Assembly: GCA_964507955.1 (NCBI GenBank)
Contig: CAZDRR010000001.1
Location: forward strand, 344 to 64,343
Length of the DNA: 64,000 bases
Direction of reading: 5' to 3'
Source: an uncultured Candidatus Saccharibacteria bacterium
Lineage (GTDB): Bacteria; Patescibacteriota; Minisyncoccia; Phycocordibacterales; JAACPR01
Below, piece after piece: positions 39,563 to 47,852 of this stretch (its first letter is position 1; each line of letters opens with the position of its first letter). The translations under genes and the position numbers were made by a program. The notes beneath the pieces were generated by a model. That model worked only from the letters and a program-made list of their open reading frames with translations, did not search any database and had not been told where the DNA came from.

Positions 39563-41116
39563 ATGTATTCCAAAATTCAACCCCAACAAATCAATTTGCA
39601 TACATTTTCCAGCCCAAGCGGACATTTTACGATTTCGCAAGGTTCCGATTATGTTTATCTTGATTTAAACAAGTATTTAACTGGAGATTTTAATTTTACA
39701 GGAAATATTTTAATTAATGGATCTCCTATTTTTACATCGGATACCACTAATGTCGTTGATCATTCTGATAATTTAATTTTATTGGGATCAAATAATACAG
39801 CCAATGGAACAGGAAACGTCATTGTAAATTCTATTTCAACAACAATTCATGGAACGAATAATCTTGTTTTAAATTCTTTTCCTGCTGGAACTTTTGACCA
39901 AAGCGTTACAAAATGCACAATTTTAGCAGGAACTTATGCTGGATTTAATAATAGTATTTCTGGATCAACTATTTTAAAAGATCAATCCAATTCAACATCT
40001 TGCACCGCTACAAAAAATAATGCTCTTTATGTTTCTTTTGTTGGAGGGAGTTATTTTGATGGCAATGTTAATTTTAGTAATTCTGTTTCTCTGGAAGATT
40101 TTGCCGATTTAAAATTAGCATCACAAAGTTCGGGCCTCTTTTCTGGAGATATTAATGTTTTAGGTAATATCTATTGGAAAAATACTTTAATTCCTTCTAT
40201 TAGTGATGTTACAGGAATTAGCGGAAGCTTACAGACTCAAATTACCAATTCTGGAGCTTTGTTAACAAGCGATTTAGACGCCTTAGAATTTCTTGTTACT
40301 GGAACATCTACAAATCTAAGTGGCAAAAGTGTTTTTACAACAGGCGATCAAACAATTTCTGGAATTAAAACTTTTTATAATGATATCCTTTTATCTTCTT
40401 CTTCTTTAATTGGAGATACGGGAATAAGTAACTTTATTCAATTTGCGGATAAAAACGTCGTTAATTCTTCTGGTGATTTGCTCAAAATAGTTTCAAAAGA
40501 CTCTTGCGCTATTTTAATTGATTCTAATGATACTAAGTCTGGAGATTCAAATTTCTTTAATGGAGATACTTCTTTCAATAATTCTTTTGTTATTGGTAAG
40601 GGATTTGATGATTTGGATGGGGCAGATCCTTTAATGGCAGTAGATTACTATGGCAATTTAGTTGTTACTGGAAATTTAATCTTAAAAAATAGTGCGGGAT
40701 TAGTGCCTACTGGAGATTCTGACGCTATAGGAACTCATGGAGCTTTTGTTCAAAAAAATCAATATCTTTACATTAAAAATAACAATACTTGGATGAGATT
40801 CTCTGGAATCAGCACTTGGGATAATTCTAATCCAGATATCATCGCAGCGGGTTATCAAATTGTGCCAAATAATGGAACTGCCAATAGTCATGGATTTTTC
40901 CGCTCAAATGGCACTACACCAAGTTCTTCTGGACTTGATCTTGCCAGCGGCATATATACGGCAACCGTTATTTCTCCACCAGTATTAATTGCATGGTCCT
41001 ACACAACCTCAGATGCGCAATGGCCAAGTTATGCGGAGTGTTCAATAAGCACTCATACTATCAGAACAACTTATGATTTGGAAAATGAAGCCTTTTATGT
41101 AAAGGTTATTTCTTAA
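39563..41116 (+). CDS. beta-helix tail fibre/tailspike-like protein
   Basis: 517 aa; Asn/Gly/Ser/Thr-rich short repeats typical of right-handed beta-helix receptor-binding or depolymerase proteins; lone + gene; start overlaps divergent neighbour, so one start is miscalled. Confidence 0.45.
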   Translation: MYSKIQPQQINLHTFSSPSGHFTISQGSDYVYLDLNKYLTGDFNFTGNILINGSPIFTSDTTNVVDHSDNLILLGSNNTANGTGNVIVNSISTTIHGTNNLVLNSFPAGTFDQSVTKCTILAGTYAGFNNSISGSTILKDQSNSTSCTATKNNALYVSFVGGSYFDGNVNFSNSVSLEDFADLKLASQSSGLFSGDINVLGNIYWKNTLIPSISDVTGISGSLQTQITNSGALLTSDLDALEFLVTGTSTNLSGKSVFTTGDQTISGIKTFYNDILLSSSSLIGDTGISNFIQFADKNVVNSSGDLLKIVSKDSCAILIDSNDTKSGDSNFFNGDTSFNNSFVIGKGFDDLDGADPLMAVDYYGNLVVTGNLILKNSAGLVPTGDSDAIGTHGAFVQKNQYLYIKNNNTWMRFSGISTWDNSNPDIIAAGYQIVPNNGTANSHGFFRSNGTTPSSSGLDLASGIYTATVISPPVLIAWSYTTSDAQWPSYAECSISTHTIRTTYDLENEAFYVKVIS

Positions 41117-41490
41117 AATTCAATAATTGCAGATTTTGTCTCAATTTTCTTTGGCGTATCTTTTAAGTGCTTTTTACCCTTATTTTTCTTCTTATAATCG
41201 TCAAAGAATTTACGTTTAACAGGATCTTCTCCAGTTGCAGATGCCCGTTTTTCAGAAAGTTCGGCAGATAAATCCATCATATCTCCAACAGTTCCTTTTT
41301 TGGAACCTGTTTTATTTACGAAATCTTTTGCAGAATGAGGATCAATAGTTGTATCTATTGAGGCATTTGGAATAGTAAAAATTCTTTTCCACGCAATACC
41401 ATCTTGGTAATACTCATGTTTGTCATTCATGCCTTGGAGAATTTCTTTGATTTCTCCAGTTTCTTCATTCTGGTAAAGGTAAAGTGGCAT
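41113..41490 (-). CDS. hypothetical basic protein
   Basis: 125 aa; Lys-rich C-terminus. Confidence 0.4.
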   Translation of the reverse strand: MPLYLYQNEETGEIKEILQGMNDKHEYYQDGIAWKRIFTIPNASIDTTIDPHSAKDFVNKTGSKKGTVGDMMDLSAELSEKRASATGEDPVKRKFFDDYKKKNKGKKHLKDTPKKIETKSAIIEF

Positions 41491-42569
41491 TATAGCATCT
41501 TTGTTAAAATTTGATCAACTGTATTTTTATAAGTAAATTGTTTCCCCATTATCAATCCGTTTGTATTGACGGTTTTGGCTTTTAATACCGCTCTTTCCAT
41601 ACCATCAATCAAAGAATCTTCGCTAAGAAGAAAGTAATTGCCCTGATTAAAAGGAAGACCTTTTCTGAAAAAGAAATTATCGTAGCACGGTTGTTCTCCG
41701 ACAGGCTCAACAAGAATTGAATTATCTTCTGTAGCCCAATCTTTATGAGAAGAACAATTAGAAACTACCGACCATTTTCCTAAAGCCGTCGTATTAAATG
41801 CCCCCATATTCCAACCCTCTCCATTCGAAAAACCAGATAAATCAATATCTATAGCGTTCATCAATTCAAGAACTTCGGAATTTGTATCGAGCGATGGAAG
41901 AAAATTGATATTTGTCCACTCTTTATCCCCAAGGGTTTCTTGTAAAATTTGTTTGTATTGTTCTGGAGTAAAAAAGGGATTATTGACAAGGCAAGTTAAT
42001 AAATATTTTGGGTCGTTGCCATATTTTTTCAACCAAGTTTGGATAATTTGTCGAGTATTTTTCCTGCGTTCAAATTTTCCAATTAATCCAAAATGTATAA
42101 CGTCATCGTTAAACTTTTTATCAATTACATGAAAGTCTTCGTCAAATCCTAAAGGAACATGGGAAACATTATCGCAGCCAGCATTTTTAAAGATATTTGC
42201 GGCAATGGAACTTGAAAAGAAAACATGTTCTTGACTTTTCACTAAAGCGATTTCTTCTTGGGTTGGAGAAGAAACTTCGTAATATGTATAAAGAAATTGT
42301 TTTGGAGCAATTCTGTTTTCAGAACCATTGATATGCCAATTTTTAAGAACAGGATACTTTTTGTCCAACGTTTTGAATCTATTCTGTCCAGATTCCTTAA
42401 TCCAATCAATGAATTCTTTTGGAGCTTTGTCGAAGGCTTGGAAATTAGCCTGATCGCCTACGGGGAAAAGGGAAACTTCGGCATTTCTTTTCCAAAGTTC
42501 CTTTAAAAAATTCATTGATACATTCCCTAAACTCAAGGAATTGATGGGGCCATTAAAGTGAAGTTTCAT
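41490..42569 (-). CDS. GT-B glycosyltransferase (GT1/GT4-like)
   Basis: HFGLIGKFERRKN and SGFSNGEGWNMGAFNTTALGKWSVVSN resemble GT-B C-domain sugar-donor binding motifs. Confidence 0.55.
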   Translation of the reverse strand: MKLHFNGPINSLSLGNVSMNFLKELWKRNAEVSLFPVGDQANFQAFDKAPKEFIDWIKESGQNRFKTLDKKYPVLKNWHINGSENRIAPKQFLYTYYEVSSPTQEEIALVKSQEHVFFSSSIAANIFKNAGCDNVSHVPLGFDEDFHVIDKKFNDDVIHFGLIGKFERRKNTRQIIQTWLKKYGNDPKYLLTCLVNNPFFTPEQYKQILQETLGDKEWTNINFLPSLDTNSEVLELMNAIDIDLSGFSNGEGWNMGAFNTTALGKWSVVSNCSSHKDWATEDNSILVEPVGEQPCYDNFFFRKGLPFNQGNYFLLSEDSLIDGMERAVLKAKTVNTNGLIMGKQFTYKNTVDQILTKML

Positions 42570-43146
42570 TTTCTTCTATTTTTTTGAGAATTTTTGAGAG
42601 ATTTTTATCATGTATTCCAATACATCCTTGAATAGATAGATTCATTTTTTCGGCAACTTCTTTCCATGCTTTTAATTTCCCGTTAGTTGTAGAAAAATAT
42701 CTTTCCATAAAGATTTCTTTGATACGCTTATCAGTAAATGAGTCAAGAGCTTTATTAATTTTTTCAAGCAATTCACTTTTCTCCATGGCGCAATCAGGGC
42801 TATCACTTTCCGAAGGAAGACAATAACCTAAAGAATCGAAATCTACAATATTCGCGCTTTTTTTGTTATTTGTTTTGTTTGTCAAACATAAGTATCTTGT
42901 GCGTAAAGCTAAAAAAGTAGAAAATTTGCTTTTTGTTGGATCGTAATTTAATGCCGCATTATAAATATTGTAATTCTTTTCAAGCATTAAATCGTCAAAT
43001 TGGGTATCTGTCAAACTTGATCCACCATACTTCATTATCATGTCAACGTAAATACCAGAATGTCTTTGGATCAATTCATCCAAAGCCATAGGATCATTTT
43101 CTTGTTTAACTTTATCTACTAATTGGCTATCTAAAATTTCTGTCAT
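42553..43146 (-). CDS. sigma-70 family RNA polymerase sigma factor (phage-encoded)
   Basis: 197 aa; region-2-like FSTFLALRTRYLCL and C-terminal region-4-like segment (KEVAEKMNLSIQGCIGIHDKNLSKILKKI). Confidence 0.6.
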   Translation of the reverse strand: MTEILDSQLVDKVKQENDPMALDELIQRHSGIYVDMIMKYGGSSLTDTQFDDLMLEKNYNIYNAALNYDPTKSKFSTFLALRTRYLCLTNKTNNKKSANIVDFDSLGYCLPSESDSPDCAMEKSELLEKINKALDSFTDKRIKEIFMERYFSTTNGKLKAWKEVAEKMNLSIQGCIGIHDKNLSKILKKIEENETSL

Positions 43147-43745
43147 AGAAAATACTTAATATTGTTCATAACGAAAGACTCACACAATTTTTTTGACATG
43201 ATTTTCAAATCTTCTGGAGTTTTGGCGGAAGGCCAATCTATTTGAAAGTCTGCATTTTTATGCAGGACTGGATCATTGCGTTTTTCGTCTTCGTTTGGAG
43301 CTTTAAAATATTTCTTTTTGTCTGCCACAAGATCAAAGCGTTTAATATGAATTAATTTACCATTTTGATTTTTAAGCCAAAACAATTCATCCGCTTCGTT
43401 GTCAGCATATCGAATATCTGAAATGATATATACGTCGGCTTTCTCAATGTCCATTCTTTGTTGCAACATAGATGTGAAATATCCGCCTTTGGTAGCTATT
43501 CGCTTGGCATATCCATAAGCGACCAATAAAGGGCGAAATCGTTCTTTTTCTTCACCATCTAATTCAAAGACATCGACATTAAATTTTTCTTTTAAGAAAG
43601 GGGCCATTTCTTCTTTTAAGCACTGCGCTAAAGAAACCCTCTGAACGTTAAGATTTGGAAAGGAATTTTTGATTTCCTTTTCCAAGGCGTCCGCGATTGT
43701 ATCTTTTCCAGAACGAGCTAATCCTGATACTCCAATAATTTTCAT
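43143..43745 (-). CDS. deoxynucleoside monophosphate kinase (T4 gp1-like)
   Basis: MKIIGVSGLARSGKDTIAD closely parallels the T4 gene 1 N-terminus MKLIFLSGVKRSGKDTTAD; 200 aa. Confidence 0.7.
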   Translation of the reverse strand: MKIIGVSGLARSGKDTIADALEKEIKNSFPNLNVQRVSLAQCLKEEMAPFLKEKFNVDVFELDGEEKERFRPLLVAYGYAKRIATKGGYFTSMLQQRMDIEKADVYIISDIRYADNEADELFWLKNQNGKLIHIKRFDLVADKKKYFKAPNEDEKRNDPVLHKNADFQIDWPSAKTPEDLKIMSKKLCESFVMNNIKYFL

Positions 43746-44251
43746 AATCCTGTGCTGCCAAAGCCTCCTTCTCCTCTTTCGGATTCGCCCACTTCGCCAA
43801 CCTCCAAAGTTGGAACGGAAACTGGCATGAACACCAATTGGGCAATTTTATCTCCTTTTTTGTAAATGTTTTGAAAGCCTGACCAATTGCTGACACTTAC
43901 CTGAATCCCAATTAAATCCTTGAAAACAAGATCTTTGGGCTGAATAATGTATTTAAATCGGACAATTAAATTTCCTTTGTAAGAAGGGTCAATGACACCT
44001 ACAGAATTTGCCAAAACCAAATCGTATTTTGACAAAGAGGATCTTGGGATAATCATCGTAAAAAATCCCTGTGGGGGATTTACTTTTACACCAGTATCAT
44101 ACTCAATATAGTCAATTCTTGTCCAATCACCATTAAAATTCTTTTCTCCAACAATTTTTGGATCTGTGGCTGCGATCAAATCGAATCCTACGTCTCCCTC
44201 AAGTGCTGGGGTGCGGATGCCATCTAAATTAGAAACCGTTGCTTTCGACAT
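43742..44251 (-). CDS. dut: dUTP diphosphatase
   Basis: dUTPase motifs GDVGFDL, RSSL, VGVIDPSYKG, and C-terminal glycine-rich motif. Confidence 0.85.
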   Translation of the reverse strand: MSKATVSNLDGIRTPALEGDVGFDLIAATDPKIVGEKNFNGDWTRIDYIEYDTGVKVNPPQGFFTMIIPRSSLSKYDLVLANSVGVIDPSYKGNLIVRFKYIIQPKDLVFKDLIGIQVSVSNWSGFQNIYKKGDKIAQLVFMPVSVPTLEVGEVGESERGEGGFGSTGL

Positions 44252-44295
44252 TGCCTTATAGTAAATTTTGTGTTCGAAATGTCAAGAACTTTTTA

Positions 44296-44333
44296 CGATT
44301 ACAAAAAAAGTTGCCCGATTACAAAAAAAGTTG
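44296..44333. repeat. two tandem 18-bp direct repeats cgattacaaaaaaagttg (2-bp spacer)
   Basis: Exact copies at 44296-44313 and 44316-44333 in the dut/RNR divergent intergenic region. Confidence 0.8.
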
Positions 44334-44513
44334 TTGAATTCCTTTTTTTCGTGCCTATATATTTAAGTGGGTTCTGATGGATCAAACTTAATCTTACGAT
44401 AACCAAATTTAACTATAACTTCGTTTAGTTTAAATATAGTTACGTTAAAGTTATTTAATTACTCACTACGTTCGTAATTAAATGGGAAATTTGGGTTCCG
44501 AGCAAAAAAGTTC

Positions 44514-44541
44514 TTGACAAGAAAAATTTCCTTGTTATAAT
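44514..44541 (+). promoter_or_regulatory. consensus sigma-70-type promoter TTGACA-16-TATAAT directed toward the RNR gene
   Basis: TTGACA at 44514-44519 and TATAAT at 44536-44541; about 290 nt upstream of the RNR start. Confidence 0.55.
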
Positions 44542-44630
44542 TAAAAAGTCCAAGCTAGTTGCGACAAAGTTTCGCACTTGATCAATTCCGATTATTGGGC
44601 TAAGGTTACGACAAAATTAAAACGCCCAAT

Positions 44631-44658
44631 GGGACTCACAAGTTCGTCCCCCTTTTTT
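44631..44658 (+). promoter_or_regulatory. terminator-like hairpin within the RNR 5' leader (possible attenuator/riboswitch expression platform)
   Basis: gggac-tcacaagttc-gtccc followed by cctttttt then aaaaaa; lies between the promoter and the start codon. Confidence 0.4.
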
Positions 44659-44835
44659 AAAAAATTATTTCTAAGACTCTGTGCTAACGTCAAAGTTCCG
44701 ACTTCTTCTTCGAAGAAAAGCTAGTGAAATCTCGCAAGCTCGATTTCATATTATACATCGCGTTTATGAAAAATTTTTGGCAAAAATGTGTTGCCAATTT
44801 TGGATATCGCGTTAGAATGTGTAAGATAAGAGACT

Positions 44836-46839
44836 ATGATTGACGTGCGCGATTTACGACAAAATGAGGTTAGAGAGTATCATGAAAAATATTGCATTTC
44901 CGAACTACTTCCAGAAGATTTTTTAAACAAATACAAGAATAAACAGCCTAATTGGGGCTTTAATGGGTTGGGCTATATTGTTTACAAAAGGACTTACGCT
45001 AGAGAAATTGTCAAGGGATTGACGGAGGAATGGTGGGAAACAGTTGCTCGTTGCGTTAACGGTGCGCAAAAAATTGGTGCGAAATATTCTGTTGAAGAAG
45101 CCCAAAGATTATATGATCTAGTCTTCAATTTAAAATGTAATTTTGCAGGACGAATGCTTTGGCAGTTGAATACGTCAACTGTTGAAAGATTCGGACTTGC
45201 CAGTTTGCTCAATTGCTGGTATTGCGCGATGAGGGACATTGATGACTTTTGTTTTGTATTTGAACATTTGATGTTAGGTGGGGGAGTGGGTTTTTCGGTC
45301 AAAAGGGAAGACGTTCATGAACTGCCTAGAGTTAAAAAAGGAGTAAGGATTACTCATGAAAAAACCAAAGATGCTGATTTTATTGTCCCTGATTCTCGAC
45401 AAGGATGGGTTGAATTGTTAAGAAAAACCATGCAATCATTTTTTGTCACGGGTAAATCTTTTTCATATTCAACAATTCTTGTGCGTGGCGCTGGAGAAAA
45501 AATTGCTGGATTCGGCGGCACTGCGAGCGGCCCACAAATCTTGATAGACGGAATCCAACAAATCGCGAATATTATCGCGAAAAGAGAAGGTAAAAAATTG
45601 CGTTCAATAGACGTTTTAGATATTAACAATATTATTGGCGATATTGTTGTGGCGGGCAATGTCAGGAGAAGTGCGGAAATTGCAATTGGAGATGCGGATG
45701 ATTATTTATATTTAAGGGCTAAAAATTGGAGTAATGGCAATATTCCAAACTGGAGGAGTAAATCGAACAATAGTATTGAAGCAGATTCATTTGAACACAT
45801 CAGCGATGAACTTTGGGAAAATGGTTATGTTCTTGATCCAAAGACAGGATTAGCAAAAGGCGAAGCTTACGGCTTCATCAATTTACAACTTTGTAAACAA
45901 TATGGGCGCTTAGGGGAAGAAAGAAAGGAAAACTGCGAAGGAGTTAATCCATGTGCGGAAATCACTCTTGCGGATGGGGAAGCATGTAATTTGGCAGAAC
46001 TTTATTTAAACAATATTGATTCTAAAGAAGAATTAATTGAATGTGCGAAACTACTTTATAAAACCCAAAAAGCGGTTTGGAATCTACCAGCACTTTACGA
46101 GAAAACAGAAAAAATTGTTTCCAAGAACAGGCGTATTGGGCTTGGAGTAACAGGTGTATGCCAATCTCTTGATAAACTTGATTGGTTGGACGAATGTTAC
46201 GTTACTCTTAGAGAATATGATAAAGAATGGAGTGCGCAAAATGGACTTCCAGAGAGCATCAAATTAACAACAGTTAAGCCAAGCGGCACCCTTTCCTTAT
46301 TGGCTGGATCAACAGCAGGAGGACATGCGGGCTATTCTCGTTGGATGATCAGAAGAGTAAGAATGGCTTCAACAGACCCTCTTATCAAGTTGTGCAGAGA
46401 AGCTGGATATAAAACCGAATACCTGTTACGCTTTGATGGAACAGAAGATTATTCTACAACTGTTGTAGAATTTCCTTGTGAGTTTTCTCCAGAAACCGTA
46501 TTGGCGAAAGATTTATCGGCTGTGGACCAAATGAATTTGGTGAAAAAGTTACAGACAATTTGGGCTGACAATTCCGTATCGGTGACGATTTATTATCAAC
46601 CAGAAGAATTGGATTCCATCAAAGATTGGATGAAGGAAAATTATAAAAATAGCACGAAAACACTAAGCTTTTTAATGCATAACAAACACGGATTTAAACA
46701 AGCTCCATTAGAAGAAATTTCCGAAGAAACATATCGCAAGATGATTAAAAAAGTTAAACCAATTGAACAAATTTTTGATATTGGTTCTACTCTCATTGAA
46801 GGTTTGGAATGCGAAGGAGGAGCATGTCCATTGAGGTAA
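44836..46839 (+). CDS. ribonucleotide reductase, class II-like (B12-dependent type), monomeric size
   Basis: 667 aa; active-site VNPCAEITL...EACNLAELYLNN matching RNR NPC[GA]E...CNL.S motifs; C-terminal CEGGAC redox pair; no NrdB-like partner in window. Confidence 0.6.
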   Translation: MIDVRDLRQNEVREYHEKYCISELLPEDFLNKYKNKQPNWGFNGLGYIVYKRTYAREIVKGLTEEWWETVARCVNGAQKIGAKYSVEEAQRLYDLVFNLKCNFAGRMLWQLNTSTVERFGLASLLNCWYCAMRDIDDFCFVFEHLMLGGGVGFSVKREDVHELPRVKKGVRITHEKTKDADFIVPDSRQGWVELLRKTMQSFFVTGKSFSYSTILVRGAGEKIAGFGGTASGPQILIDGIQQIANIIAKREGKKLRSIDVLDINNIIGDIVVAGNVRRSAEIAIGDADDYLYLRAKNWSNGNIPNWRSKSNNSIEADSFEHISDELWENGYVLDPKTGLAKGEAYGFINLQLCKQYGRLGEERKENCEGVNPCAEITLADGEACNLAELYLNNIDSKEELIECAKLLYKTQKAVWNLPALYEKTEKIVSKNRRIGLGVTGVCQSLDKLDWLDECYVTLREYDKEWSAQNGLPESIKLTTVKPSGTLSLLAGSTAGGHAGYSRWMIRRVRMASTDPLIKLCREAGYKTEYLLRFDGTEDYSTTVVEFPCEFSPETVLAKDLSAVDQMNLVKKLQTIWADNSVSVTIYYQPEELDSIKDWMKENYKNSTKTLSFLMHNKHGFKQAPLEEISEETYRKMIKKVKPIEQIFDIGSTLIEGLECEGGACPLR

Positions 46840-46997
46840 CAAAGTGTATCTGTCACAATATCTCTTTTCAGGAGATTCTCAAAAAGAATAAACCCCTTCC
46901 TCTTTTACAGGAGGCGGGGGTTTGTGCTAATAAATGTAAATTATGCGTTCCCTTTTTGGAAAAAATAATTTTGAAAAAAGAAGAGAAAAATGAATAA
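46824..46997 (+). CDS. small Bfd-like [2Fe-2S]-binding domain protein (putative)
   Basis: 57 aa from in-frame ATG 46824; CICH...CANKCKLC gives the C-x-C...C-x2-C pattern of BFD-like domains; overlaps the RNR 3' end. Confidence 0.35.
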   Translation: MSIEVTKCICHNISFQEILKKNKPLPLLQEAGVCANKCKLCVPFLEKIILKKEEKNE

Positions 46998-47003
46998 TCT
47001 GAT

Positions 47004-47852
47004 GTGGACGTATTATTCATTTCAGATTTTAATTTAGAACATAACTCTGGCGGTGCGCAGGTAAGCAATGACGCTATTATTCGTGCAGGACGAGAACGAG
47101 GATTGTCTATTACAGAATTTAATCATGATACAAGTTCTTTAAAATTAATGTATCGGTATGATTTGTTGATTAGTTCCAATTTGGAAGTTTTGAGTCATCG
47201 TTCTGATTATATATTTGATAGGATTATTAATCACCCAAACCATATACGATTAGAACACGATTCCTGTAGTTATCTGCCTGCGGATAAACGTCGTAAACTG
47301 TTTTCTTCGACAAAGAAAAATTTCTTTTTATCGCAGTTTCATCTGGATTTCTTTAAAGAAGCATATGGTGATTATTTCGAGAATGTAGAAATAAACTTTG
47401 ATCCTATTGATACTAAAATTTTTTATCCAAGTTCCAATAAAAAGCGAAAGTATGATATTGTTTATTGCGGATTCTTGCATGAGCTAAAAGGAGCATATAA
47501 TCTCATTCATACTGCGGTTTTCAATCCCCAAAGGAAATTTGATGTTTTTGGATGGAGCGACAATGAGAGATTGATAAAGGAGTTGCAACAATATCCAAAT
47601 ATAGAATTACATCAACCCGTCCCTTTAAATGAAGTCGGAGAGATTTATAGAAATGCAAAATTTATTTTCCATGATCCAGTTGTTAACGAACCATTTTGTA
47701 GAATGGTTGGTGAGGCACTGATTTGTGGTTGCGAATTGATGGGCAACGGAGATAAAATTGGCAGTTATCAGGAATTTTACAAATTAGGGAGTGACGAATT
47801 CCGCGCACAAACAGAGAAAGCACAACACACGTTTTGGGATAAAATTTTATGA
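47004..47852 (+). CDS. GT-B glycosyltransferase (GT4-like)
   Basis: C-domain EPFCRMVGEALICGCELMGNGD matches the GT4 E-x7-E donor-binding region; GTG start per track. Confidence 0.6.
   Translation: MDVLFISDFNLEHNSGGAQVSNDAIIRAGRERGLSITEFNHDTSSLKLMYRYDLLISSNLEVLSHRSDYIFDRIINHPNHIRLEHDSCSYLPADKRRKLFSSTKKNFFLSQFHLDFFKEAYGDYFENVEINFDPIDTKIFYPSSNKKRKYDIVYCGFLHELKGAYNLIHTAVFNPQRKFDVFGWSDNERLIKELQQYPNIELHQPVPLNEVGEIYRNAKFIFHDPVVNEPFCRMVGEALICGCELMGNGDKIGSYQEFYKLGSDEFRAQTEKAQHTFWDKIL

Noticed and set aside
44480-44660. Possible tRNA in the dut/RNR intergenic region (GGTTCC / TTCGTCCC segments)
   Set aside because: No cloverleaf could be assembled. The candidate T-arm has a 10-nt loop, and there is no matching acceptor stem or CCA context.
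44560-44835. Cobalamin riboswitch or NrdR-box upstream of the RNR gene
   Set aside because: The leader is long and structured, but I could not recognise the B12-box consensus or a pair of 16-bp NrdR palindromes. It is reported only as an unclassified structured leader.
46841-46925. Intrinsic terminator after the RNR gene (ccccttcctc...ggaggcggggg)
   Set aside because: The stem pairing is imperfect and not followed by a clean T-run, and the region is more likely coding for the small Bfd-like ORF.
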